Assembly: GCA_041648975.1 (NCBI GenBank)
Contig: JBAZNZ010000006.1
Coordinates: 5,723 to 69,722 of the forward strand
Direction of reading: 5' to 3'
Origin: Candidatus Omnitrophota bacterium
GTDB taxonomy: Bacteria > Omnitrophota > Gorgyraeia > 2-01-FULL-45-10
Length of the DNA: 64,000 bases
Shown: positions 7,695 to 15,539 of the stretch, piece after piece
How positions within the stretch are numbered: the first letter of the stretch is position 1
Layout of the letters: every line of letters starts with the position of its first letter
Made by a program: the position numbers and the translations under genes
The notes under the pieces: generated by a model
Told to the model about the DNA's origin: nothing
The model's database searches: none
Seen by the model: only the letters and a program-made list of their open reading frames with translations

Positions 7695-8240
7695 ATGATC
7701 CCGCTTAAATCGACAATAACTAAAAAGATACTAAATTACTTTTTTGTCAATCCACAAGAAAGCTTATATGTAAATGAGCTGTCCCGGAAGCTATTTCTGG
7801 ATAAAAGGAACCTGGTAAAAAAGATCAAGGAGCTAGAGGCTGAAGGGATATTGGTTCATGAGACGAGAGGCAACCTTAAGTTATATGCTATAAATGCTAG
7901 CTATCCTTTATATAAAGAATTTCGTAAAATTATCATGACAACGGTAGGAGTCGAGGAACAACTGAGGCATCTTTTAAAAGGAGTTACTGGAGTTAAAGAA
8001 GCGTATATTTATGGCTCATATGCGAAAAATGCTATGGATACTCATAGCGATATCGACGTTCTTATTGTAGGTAGTGTAGGTGTTGTAACCGTACAAAAGC
8101 ACATAAGCAAGCTACAGAGAGAAATAGATAGGGAGATAAGCGTTACTGTTATGACCAAAAAGGACTTTACCCGGCGCGTAAAGGCAAAAGATCCCTTTAT
8201 TAGTGGTGTGCTCAAACAAAAGCACATAAAGATAATATGA
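7695..8240 (+). CDS. winged-HTH DNA-binding domain fused to a minimal nucleotidyltransferase (MNT/Pol-beta fold), MntA/AbiEii-like
   Basis: The N-terminus (ILNYFFVNPQESLYVNELSRKLFLDKRNLVKKIKELEAEGIL) looks like an ArsR/MarR-type wHTH. The C-terminus carries the NTase motif GSYAKNAMDTHSDIDVLIVG. Confidence 0.65.
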   Translation: MIPLKSTITKKILNYFFVNPQESLYVNELSRKLFLDKRNLVKKIKELEAEGILVHETRGNLKLYAINASYPLYKEFRKIIMTTVGVEEQLRHLLKGVTGVKEAYIYGSYAKNAMDTHSDIDVLIVGSVGVVTVQKHISKLQREIDREISVTVMTKKDFTRRVKAKDPFISGVLKQKHIKII

Positions 8241-8644
8241 TGAAATTCGAAGATAAATATTTCAAAGATTTTGTATTTACAAAGGATCAGGTCAAAAAGA
8301 ATTTCGATAATGCCTTAAAAGATATTAAGATTGCGCGTCAAGATGCCATCCCGGATGTCAAATTCACATACTCTTATGATGCACTTATTAAAGGTGGTAT
8401 TGCTTTGATAAGCAGCTACAACAAAAAAGTCAAAAGTGCGCCAGGGCATCATGTGAAGATTATAGAGATGGTTGCGAAAATATTAAATGACGACACAATT
8501 GAAGCTGTGGGCGGCGCTATGCGCTCAAAGCGCAATGTGGATTTCTACGATGGCGGGGTGGAGGTTACCGAAAAAGAGGCGTGCGAATATTTGGGTTTCG
8601 TAGACAGTATTTTGAAAAAAATTGAAAAAGCCTTAAATATCTGA
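8237..8644 (+). CDS. hypothetical protein, putative partner of the upstream nucleotidyltransferase (possible toxin or antitoxin)
   Basis: ATGA overlap with the NTase gene suggests a coupled two-gene module. No canonical HEPN Rx4-6H motif was seen, so its family is undetermined. Confidence 0.4.
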   Translation: MMKFEDKYFKDFVFTKDQVKKNFDNALKDIKIARQDAIPDVKFTYSYDALIKGGIALISSYNKKVKSAPGHHVKIIEMVAKILNDDTIEAVGGAMRSKRNVDFYDGGVEVTEKEACEYLGFVDSILKKIEKALNI

Positions 8645-8657
8645 TAATATGCTTGCG

Positions 8658-8705
8658 GGTGAGGAAGTTTCTATATGTTAAGTTCGAGGCGAACCCTCAC
8701 CACCA
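8658..8705 (+). repeat. tRNA-Tyr-derived acceptor/T-arm-like fragment (GGTGAGG...GTTCGAGGCGAACCCTCACCACCA), putative att remnant
   Basis: Its 5' GGTGAGG and 3' CCCTCACC-ACCA reproduce the tRNA-Tyr acceptor stem, and it ends in a T-arm-like CGAAC. It is homologous to 11459..11503. Confidence 0.5.
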
Positions 8706-8884
8706 GTAATATCTACTCAGTTCGACTGAGTATTATAATACCCGCGTTGAAGATGGATTCGCAAAAAGGGTTTTTAAGGGAAAAAAGAATTTTTTCCCTT
8801 ATCGGCGCACGAGAACATCTATGCGGAAGAAAGGATAACATTAAAAGGAAAACATCAGGTTTTCCTTTTAAGGAGCCCATAGCC

Positions 8885-8916
8885 TAAGTTCAGGGCGACG
8901 AATCCGTCCCTCACAA
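8885..8916 (+). repeat. degenerate copy of the tRNA-Tyr 3' end (CGAATCCGTCCCTCAC against tRNA CGAATCCATCCCTCAC)
   Basis: One mismatch over 16 nt to the tRNA-Tyr T-arm/acceptor region. The upstream CCCATAGCC resembles the tRNA-Tyr D-arm CCATAGCGG. Confidence 0.4.
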
Positions 8917-9015
8917 TAGTTAAATGAGTGTGCTATGTGATAATTTTAGACCTAATAATACCCGTAAATTAGCATCCGCAGTTGTGGGGTGCTAATTTTA
9001 TTTTAAGGGGGTAAT

Positions 9016-9609
9016 GTGGAAGAAAAAAATCTAAACGAGACAATTAAAGAAGCGGTTACTGCAGAAAGCCGTAAAGACAGTTGGTTAGAAACGCTTGGCA
9101 TATCATGGGAAGATGTTATTAAGGCACTTGAACAATCGGAGAAAGATGAGAAATATTTAACGGAATTAGCTAAAAAAACAGCATCTAATAAATCGAGACA
9201 CTTTATAGTTGTGCGCAGTATAGTATTAGACATTCATTTGCTTTTGGATTATACCGTAAGCTCTGTCATTGGGTTTATGCTTGTCTTTCGGGGTGGACAT
9301 CATGGAAAGGAATATAATGGGCAAGAGGTTCAGGAAATTATAGATTTTATACATGACAAGGTTGACTATGCAAAGAGGGTGCATATCATAGAGAGGCTGA
9401 AGATATTTAGCAAAGACGCTATCAAAATATTATATGCAGTTAATAATCTTCGAGTTGCTTTTGCTCACGGTAAAAAGAACGTAGAGTACAATTACTTCAA
9501 TAAATCGGTATTTGATAAGAATACTATTGATAGACTACAGGCAGATAAAAACAAGGTATTGGGAGAATACTCGGAGTTTCTGAAGAATAGCACAGATAAG
9601 AAAACATAA
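9016..9609 (+). CDS. hypothetical protein with C-terminal Rx4H motif (possible HEPN/Abi-like)
   Basis: GTG start follows AGGGGG by 6 nt. The C-terminal LRVAFAHG matches the HEPN catalytic Rx4-6H pattern. Confidence 0.4.
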   Translation: MEEKNLNETIKEAVTAESRKDSWLETLGISWEDVIKALEQSEKDEKYLTELAKKTASNKSRHFIVVRSIVLDIHLLLDYTVSSVIGFMLVFRGGHHGKEYNGQEVQEIIDFIHDKVDYAKRVHIIERLKIFSKDAIKILYAVNNLRVAFAHGKKNVEYNYFNKSVFDKNTIDRLQADKNKVLGEYSEFLKNSTDKKT

Positions 9610-9618
9610 GGAGAAGTA

Positions 9619-9646
9619 AGTAGCTGACGTTTAAACGTCAACTACT
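9619..9646. repeat. near-perfect 28-nt palindrome centred on GTTTAAAC
   Basis: AGTAGCTGACGTTTAAACGTCAACTACT has one mismatch. It lies just after the 9016..9609 stop codon. It may be a terminator (no T-tract) or a protein-binding site. Confidence 0.3.
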
Positions 9647-9688
9647 TTGTGGGTAACTAGAGTATTGGGATGAATTAAGAATAAAATA

Positions 9689-10228
9689 ATGAAAATTAAG
9701 ATTAGTAAAATTCAAGCCGCAGAAGCGCAGCTAAATGAAGCTATCTTTTTATTTTTTGATGAGGCTAATCCTGTAGTTATTGAAACATTGATAGGGGCTG
9801 TTATAGGTATATTGCGACCTATAGGTAAAAAATATGGCATTCAAGCCCCTTCCCATGATTCGGATAAAATAAAGCCAGAATATAAGAAGCTATGGATAGA
9901 CACTCTTCATAAAGCTCAGAATTTTTTTAAACACGCTGATAATGATTCAGATGATATTTTATCTTACGAAAATGATATATTGCCTTTTTGCATTGTTGAA
10001 GCATGTCATTTGTTCAGATATGTCGCATCCGATAAATGCTTGAAATATCGACAGTCTCAGCCTGCCCTACTGTTTGAAATATGGTTTTGGCTGAAATATC
10101 CCCATTTATTAAAAGACTTAGCTGAGACTGAGAAATTCTTGCAGGCTGTAGGTATGCCAAAAAGTTTTAGTGTTGATGATTTCGAAGTGCTGAAAATGTT
10201 GGCAGATAAGTATCGGATAAAATTATAG
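9689..10228 (+). CDS. hypothetical protein (179 aa)
   Basis: ORF with its ATG following GGGATGAATTAAGAATAAAATA. No recognised motif. Confidence 0.4.
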   Translation: MKIKISKIQAAEAQLNEAIFLFFDEANPVVIETLIGAVIGILRPIGKKYGIQAPSHDSDKIKPEYKKLWIDTLHKAQNFFKHADNDSDDILSYENDILPFCIVEACHLFRYVASDKCLKYRQSQPALLFEIWFWLKYPHLLKDLAETEKFLQAVGMPKSFSVDDFEVLKMLADKYRIKL

Positions 10229-10238
10229 TTTTCTATAA

Positions 10239-10847
10239 GTGGGGGGCATGATGGATACGATATTTTTTATTTCTATAGGTGTGGTTGGCATCATTAGTGT
10301 GCTCGTAGGATTTTTGCCGCAAGAAAAATTAAGCAGGCATCTTAAAATATTATTTCTTGTAATCACGGCAGCGTGTCTTATGTTTCAAGGGTTTTACGGG
10401 TTAAAAGAGAAGAGATCCTCGGATTATAAAAAATACAGAGATGACTTGTACCAAAACGATATGCTAACGGGGCAAAGTGAGATTTCGGATGGTATGAAGG
10501 AACTGAAAGAAAAAAGTAAAAAAGGTGTTTTAACAGAGGCCGAATATGGACTGTATATTTCCAATTATTTAGAAAGCATAGATCTTAGCTTAAAGCGCTT
10601 GGGTTGGAAACATAATAGAGAGCGGATCATTGATTATTATGAAGAAATTGCTAAGATTCCAGATTATTTTACTTTTCAAGAATGGAGTGCTGCCGAGGCA
10701 TTTATATATAACTCGATGATGGATGAGATCAACAATAATTTCAGTGCTAGAAATATGTACGATAGTAGCGCAAGAACAAAAGTGCTGGAGAGTTTTGAGC
10801 GCGAACGCGGAAGGCTAATTACAGCAAAAGAAAGAGAGTTTAGTTAA
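10239..10847 (+). CDS. hypothetical membrane protein with SHOCT-like motif
   Basis: Two N-terminal TM helices. KELKEKSKKGVLTEAEYGLYISNYL resembles the SHOCT oligomerisation motif (G-[LIV]-[LI]-T-x-E-E-Y). Confidence 0.4.
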   Translation: MGGMMDTIFFISIGVVGIISVLVGFLPQEKLSRHLKILFLVITAACLMFQGFYGLKEKRSSDYKKYRDDLYQNDMLTGQSEISDGMKELKEKSKKGVLTEAEYGLYISNYLESIDLSLKRLGWKHNRERIIDYYEEIAKIPDYFTFQEWSAAEAFIYNSMMDEINNNFSARNMYDSSARTKVLESFERERGRLITAKEREFS

Positions 10848-10921
10848 AACAAGGGAATGAGAAGGGTGGCTCTATTAAATGTTAGATATGTTTGTTCCCG
10901 TAAAATATATTTACAATTATA

Positions 10922-10950
10922 TTGACAAAAATATGTATATCGAGTATACT
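10922..10950 (+). promoter_or_regulatory. sigma70 promoter (TTGACA-17-TATACT) for brnT-brnA, overlapping palindrome GTATATCGAGTATAC
   Basis: Consensus -35 with a near-consensus -10 ending 5 nt before the ATG, implying a leaderless or short-leader mRNA. The palindrome over the -10 is consistent with an autorepressor operator. Confidence 0.4.
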
Positions 10951-10955
10951 TAATT

Positions 10956-11237
10956 ATGCTCGAAGAACATAACAGTTTTGTGTGGGATCCGAGGAAAGAA
11001 AGAATAAATGTAATAAAGCACCGGATCGATTTTACTACGGCAGCCTATGCATTCGACGATCCTAAAAGAAAGATATTTGCCGACCTTTGGCATAGTGAGC
11101 ACGAACAAAGATATTTTTGTATAGGAAGGATAAATAATAAGATAGTAACCGTGCGCTTTACTCGTAGGGGTAACAAGATTAGGATAATTGGCGCGGGTTA
11201 CTGGAGAAAGGGGAGAAAATACTATGAAAAAGCATAA
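10956..11237 (+). CDS. brnT: BrnT-like type II toxin (DUF497 ribonuclease)
   Basis: FVWDPRKERINVIKHRIDFTTAAYAFDDP...IIGAGYWR matches the BrnT/DUF497 signature (F-x-WD-x-x-K-x-x-x-N-x-x-KHG-[IV]-x-F). Confidence 0.7.
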   Translation: MLEEHNSFVWDPRKERINVIKHRIDFTTAAYAFDDPKRKIFADLWHSEHEQRYFCIGRINNKIVTVRFTRRGNKIRIIGAGYWRKGRKYYEKA

Positions 11238-11454
11238 AATCGATTACGATATGCCTATAGGTGAACTAAAAAGAATAGACGACTTTTTACCGCCTCCCAA
11301 GGACCTGGCTATGCCGGAACATACCGTTATGGTTACTTTGAGGCTTAGCGAGAAGAGTGTTGAATTCTTCAAAGATCAGGCTAAAAAGTATCATACCAAG
11401 TACCAGAAGATGCTTAGATTTTTGGTGGATAAGTACGCGGAGAAGTATTCATAA
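11224..11454 (+). CDS. brnA: BrnA-like antitoxin (RHH/CopG family)
   Basis: Begins at MKKHKIDYDMPIGELKRIDDF and overlaps the brnT 3' end. Size and position match the BrnA antitoxin. The upstream extension of the ORF from 11188 is unlikely to be translated. Confidence 0.6.
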   Translation: MKKHKIDYDMPIGELKRIDDFLPPPKDLAMPEHTVMVTLRLSEKSVEFFKDQAKKYHTKYQKMLRFLVDKYAEKYS

Positions 11455-11458
11455 AAAG

Positions 11459-11503
11459 TGAGGGAATTCTATCTGTTAAGTCCAGATCGAACCCTCACCA
11501 CCA
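11459..11503 (+). repeat. tRNA-Tyr-derived acceptor/T-arm-like fragment, right-end att-like repeat (GTGAGGG...GATCGAACCCTCACCACCA + TTTTTT)
   Basis: About 80% identical to 8658..8705. Ends in CCCTCACC-ACCA as tRNA-Tyr does. The AT-rich island ends here. Confidence 0.5.
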
Positions 11504-11686
11504 TTTTTTGCATGTAGACTTCGTCAGGGCAAAAAATGATCCCGAGTAACTATAATTAGACTGAGGCTATGAGGGACTTCCTTTAAATGGACGCCATCCC
11601 GGGCAATAAATTTCATAAGAGAAAAACACTGTTTTTCGTCTCTTCACGAGCCTTACTTTCCTATATTTGTGAAGGGTTATTTTTTC

Positions 11687-11714
11687 TTGCATCCATGCCG
11701 AGATATAGTACAAT
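11687..11714 (+). promoter_or_regulatory. putative promoter (TTGCAT-16-TACAAT) for the sensor kinase operon
   Basis: Sequence match about 160 nt upstream of the kinase start. Confidence 0.3.
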
Positions 11715-11812
11715 ATCAGCATAGTCACTTGCGAGGGATGCTTTGGAAACTAAGAACGACGCTAGAAGCAATCAGTCGTCAAAGCGCTATAGTTGCCGGT
11801 TTGTCTAATTTG

Positions 11813-11860
11813 AACCCAGGAGTATTGTGCGGGAAAGCACAAGGCCCTGGGTTTTATTTT
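11813..11860 (+). promoter_or_regulatory. terminator-like hairpin plus U-tract in the 5' leader of the sensor kinase (possible attenuator or riboswitch expression platform)
   Basis: AACCCAGG-AGTATTGTGCGGGAAAGCACAAGG-CCCTGGGTT followed by TTTATTTTT. It ends 15 nt before the ATG at 11876. Confidence 0.35.
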
Positions 11861-11875
11861 TGCGAGGGCTAAAAA

Positions 11876-14800
11876 ATGAGAAATAAAATGGCGTTACACG
11901 AACCGGATATTGGAGCGCTGTTAAAATATGCCAATGGTATTATAGCTACGCTAAGAGAGCCTTTTTTGGTCTTGGACAAGAACTTAAAAGTCATTTCCGC
12001 CAACAAATCCTTTTTCACCATCTTTAAGGTCACGGGAAAAGAAACAATCGGCCAGCCGCTTTATGATCTAGGAAACAAACAATGGAAAATACCTAAGCTG
12101 CTTAAGTTGTTAGAAGAGATCGTGCCGGACAAGAAGATCGTAAAAGATTACGAAGTAGCGCATGATTTTGAACAGATCGGCGCGCGGGTCATGATCCTGA
12201 ATGCGTGCAAGCTGCGTGTTCCTGATGATACCGCGGCAATAATATCGTCGAAAGTAAAAGGAAATATATCAGAAGGGGATCTGATCCTACTGGCCATCGA
12301 AGACGTTACCGAACGTAAGCGGTTGCAGGAAGAATTGAAGGAGTCTGAGGCGCGTTATCGCAGGGCATTTGAGACGTCGCGCGACGGACTGTTGCTCGTG
12401 CATAAAACCGAAGGCAGCATCCTGAACTCTAACGAATCTGCGCAGGAATTATTGAGATATTCCCATGCTGAGCTTTTGAAAAAGAAACTCTGGGGAATAT
12501 GCGCGGTTAAAGACCGCGAGGATTTTCTAAAGACAATGTCAAGGCTGGAAAAAGACGGTGTAGTGCATTACGAAGACATTTCGGTAAAGACCAAAGAAGG
12601 CCTGAGCATTGATTCAGAGGTCATTTTAGTCAATAAAGCGAAAGTCATGCAATGCAACATCCGTAACATCACCGAGCGTAAGCGCATAGAGGGTGAATTG
12701 ACGCTGGCCAAGGAACGGGAGTACAGGACGCTTATTGAAAGTCTCCCCGGAAAGGTGTTTTTAAAAGACAAGGATTCGGTTTACAAATTCTGCAATGAAG
12801 AATACGCAAAGGACCTCAAGATAAAAGCCGATGAGATCGCAGGCAGGACAGACTATGAGTTTTTCCCTACGCATTTAGCTGAAAAATACAGGGCTGACGA
12901 TAAGAGAATCGTACAATCCGGGGAAACTGAGAACTTTGAAGAGGAGTATATGGTGATAGGGGATTACCTTGATAAGGCTAAGAAGATCATTATCAATACA
13001 GTAAAAGTTCCCGTAAAGAACAAGGTGGGCAACGTTACGGGGATCCTTGGTTTCTTCTGGGATATCACCGAGCGCAAGAATGCGGAAGAGGAACTGCGAA
13101 AAAATAGAAAGTTGCTGCTCGAAATGACAAGCCAGATTCCAGGCGTTGTCTATCAGTTCTACGCCAGGCCGAATGGCAAGATGGGTGTGTATTATGTCAG
13201 CAGCATGGCGGAACAGATCTTGGGCATAAAACCCGGTCCTGATCTGGAAGGATTTTTTGAGCGATTCAGCGAGCTGGTAGTTCCTGAGTACAGGGAAAGC
13301 TTTTTTAAGTCAATTGATAAGGCGGTCAGCGAAGTAAATGAATGGAAATATGATGGTGTGCTGCAAAAACCTTCAGGCGAGAAAATATGGTTTTCCGGGA
13401 ACGCAACTCCTATACGGCGGGATGATGAGATAATTTTTAATGGGATGATATTTGATATTACCGAGCGTAAGAAAGCGGAGGAGTTATTGCGGGAGAGTGA
13501 ATTAAAATTCAAGGCTATTGTTGAGGGTTCAAACGACGGGATTATTTTTTGCGATACCGAGACTCAGGAGATTGTCTATTCCAACGATGCTATGGCGCGG
13601 TTATTGGGCCATTCAAAGGAAGATATAATCAATATGACCATTCAAAATCTTCATCGTGAAGACGATTGGGGTTCTGTAAAACTGGAGTTCCTACGGCATG
13701 TCACCGGAGAAACTTCTTTATCATCCAATATCCCCGTCGTAAGGAAAGACGGCAGTATTTTTTTTGCGGATGTTGCTTCCGTAAATCTCATTATGGATAA
13801 TAGAAGATATTTTGTAGCCTTTTTTCGGGACGTCACCGAACGTAATAAGGCAGCGGAGGAGATACGTTTAAACCAGGAAAAGATCAGAGTTATTTTTGAC
13901 CAAACCTTCCAGTTCATCGGCATGATGACGGTGGACGGGAAATTGATAGAGGCAAACAGGACGGCTATGGAGTTTGCCGGTATTGAAAAATCGGATTGCA
14001 TAGGCAAATTTTTCTGGGATACTCCCTGGTGGACGCATTCTAAAAAGATGCAGGATAACCTGCGTGAAGCCGTAATAAAAGCCGCTAATGGCGAAACCGT
14101 GTTTTTCGAAGCGACCCATCCGGCCGCCGACGGATGCATACATTACGTGGATTTTTCGCTTAAGCCGATCAGGGACCAAAACGGCAAGGTGGTATTTCTT
14201 ATCCCTGAAGGGCGCGACATTACCGATCGTAAGAAGGTGGAGAACGAGCGTGAAATGACATTAAAATGGCAAGAGGATGTAAATGCGCTCAGGCAATCGC
14301 TTCTTGTTCCTTCTCCCCTTGAGCATAAGCTCAAGGTAATAACCGATAGCGCCGTGCGGATCTTCAACGCCGATTTTTGCCGGATATGGCTGACCCGGCC
14401 GGGAGATCTGTGCGACAAAGGTTGCGTACACGCCAAAGTTACTGATGGGCCGCATGTATGCCGTTTTCGCAACAAGTGCCTGCATTTAGTAGCAAGCTCC
14501 GGCAGGTACACCCACATAGACGGTAAAGGACATGCCCGTGTACCGTTCGGATGTTATAAGATCGGGCTCGTCGCTTCCGGCGAGGAGCATAAATTCCTGA
14601 CGAATGACGTGCCAAACGATCCAAGAGTGCATGATCATGAATGGGCTCGCGAATTGGGTCTGGTGTCGTTCGCGGGTTACCAGCTCAAAAATACCAGTGG
14701 AGATACGTTCGGTGTTATGGCGCTCTTTGCCAAGCATCCGATACTTCCGGCTGAAGATGCGATGTTGTACAGTCTCAGCGTCACCATTTCTTTTGTTGTC

Positions 14801-15538
14801 CAGCAGGCTGCCGCAGCCGAAGAAATAATCAGGGAGCAGGCCATGAAATCTTCATTAGAGATAAAAACAAGCTTTACCGGTATGGTCTCCCATGAACTGA
14901 GGACGCCGCTTGCCGCTATCAAAGAAGGCGTCTCTGTGGTCTTAGACAAGGTAACGGGAGATATAAATATCGAGCAGAACAAGTATCTCAGTATAGTAAA
15001 AAATAACGTCGACAGGTTGGACCGGTTGATCTCCGAGGTTCTTGATTTTCAGAAACTTGAATCCGGGAAAATGGAACTCAAGGCGGAAGATAGTGATTTG
15101 AATGAAGTGGTTAAGGGGATGTGTGATACAATGGCGCTATTATTCAAGAAGAAACATTTGGCTCTTAAGCTGGATCTTTGCGACGATCTTCCAAAAGTCA
15201 AGTTCGATAGGGACAAGATCAGCCAGGTTTTGACCAATCTGGTAAATAACTCCCTCAAGTTTACGGAAAAGGGCTCTGTTACTGTTCGCACGAGCAAGGG
15301 GGACAATTTTATCCAGGTCATGGTTAAAGACACGGGTGTCGGCATCAAGAAAGGAGATATCCAAAGGCTGTTCCGCGAATTTACACAATTACAGAGAAAA
15401 GTAGGCGGCGCCGGACTCGGCCTTTCTATTTGTAAGAGGCTGATAGAGGCGCACAGAGGGAAGATCTGGGCAGAGTCAGAATTCGGCAAAGGCGCAAGTT
15501 TTTATTTCAATATTCCTATTAAAGAGCGGAGGGAATAA
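11876..15538 (+). CDS. multi-sensor hybrid-type histidine kinase (at least 6 PAS/PAC, GAF, HisKA, HATPase_c; 1220 aa)
   Basis: The PAS-boundary motif D[IV]TERK occurs six times. A GAF-like region precedes the H-box MVSHELRTPLAAIKEG. N/G1/G2 boxes are present (NLVNNSLKFT, DTGVGI, GGAGLGLSI). Confidence 0.85.
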   Translation: MRNKMALHEPDIGALLKYANGIIATLREPFLVLDKNLKVISANKSFFTIFKVTGKETIGQPLYDLGNKQWKIPKLLKLLEEIVPDKKIVKDYEVAHDFEQIGARVMILNACKLRVPDDTAAIISSKVKGNISEGDLILLAIEDVTERKRLQEELKESEARYRRAFETSRDGLLLVHKTEGSILNSNESAQELLRYSHAELLKKKLWGICAVKDREDFLKTMSRLEKDGVVHYEDISVKTKEGLSIDSEVILVNKAKVMQCNIRNITERKRIEGELTLAKEREYRTLIESLPGKVFLKDKDSVYKFCNEEYAKDLKIKADEIAGRTDYEFFPTHLAEKYRADDKRIVQSGETENFEEEYMVIGDYLDKAKKIIINTVKVPVKNKVGNVTGILGFFWDITERKNAEEELRKNRKLLLEMTSQIPGVVYQFYARPNGKMGVYYVSSMAEQILGIKPGPDLEGFFERFSELVVPEYRESFFKSIDKAVSEVNEWKYDGVLQKPSGEKIWFSGNATPIRRDDEIIFNGMIFDITERKKAEELLRESELKFKAIVEGSNDGIIFCDTETQEIVYSNDAMARLLGHSKEDIINMTIQNLHREDDWGSVKLEFLRHVTGETSLSSNIPVVRKDGSIFFADVASVNLIMDNRRYFVAFFRDVTERNKAAEEIRLNQEKIRVIFDQTFQFIGMMTVDGKLIEANRTAMEFAGIEKSDCIGKFFWDTPWWTHSKKMQDNLREAVIKAANGETVFFEATHPAADGCIHYVDFSLKPIRDQNGKVVFLIPEGRDITDRKKVENEREMTLKWQEDVNALRQSLLVPSPLEHKLKVITDSAVRIFNADFCRIWLTRPGDLCDKGCVHAKVTDGPHVCRFRNKCLHLVASSGRYTHIDGKGHARVPFGCYKIGLVASGEEHKFLTNDVPNDPRVHDHEWARELGLVSFAGYQLKNTSGDTFGVMALFAKHPILPAEDAMLYSLSVTISFVVQQAAAAEEIIREQAMKSSLEIKTSFTGMVSHELRTPLAAIKEGVSVVLDKVTGDINIEQNKYLSIVKNNVDRLDRLISEVLDFQKLESGKMELKAEDSDLNEVVKGMCDTMALLFKKKHLALKLDLCDDLPKVKFDRDKISQVLTNLVNNSLKFTEKGSVTVRTSKGDNFIQVMVKDTGVGIKKGDIQRLFREFTQLQRKVGGAGLGLSICKRLIEAHRGKIWAESEFGKGASFYFNIPIKERRE

Positions 15539-15539
15539 T

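Larger units (their letters stand above)
5040..11503 (+). mobile_element. degraded integrated accessory island(s) at the 3' end of tRNA-Tyr (AT-rich; no integrase retained in this window)
   Basis: The island begins at the tRNA-Tyr 3' end. GC content drops sharply against the flanks. Cargo is small hypothetical and membrane genes plus two TA-like pairs. Degenerate copies of the tRNA-Tyr 3' end lie within it at 8658..8705 and 8885..8916, and at its right edge at 11459..11503. The interval breaks an otherwise conserved tRNA-Thr/Tyr/Gly/Thr-tuf cluster. Confidence 0.45.

Noticed and set aside
8675-8887. 70-aa ORF between the NTase partner gene and the 9016 gene
   Set aside because: It begins inside the tRNA-fragment repeat at 8658..8705. 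It has atypical composition and no RBS, so it is probably non-coding island junction sequence.
5040-11503. Integron cassette array (attC sites between small co-oriented ORFs with TA cassettes)
   Set aside because: I could not find the R''/R' core pair (RYYYAAC...GTTRRRY) framing the intergenic palindromes. No intI or attI is present in the window. The repeats found are tRNA-derived instead. I kept it as a tRNA-targeting island, but the integron-less attC cluster idea cannot be fully excluded without a model-based attC search.
11669-11872. 67-aa ORF upstream of the sensor kinase
   Set aside because: It overlaps the predicted promoter, leader and hairpin. It has no RBS and is more consistent with a regulatory 5' UTR.
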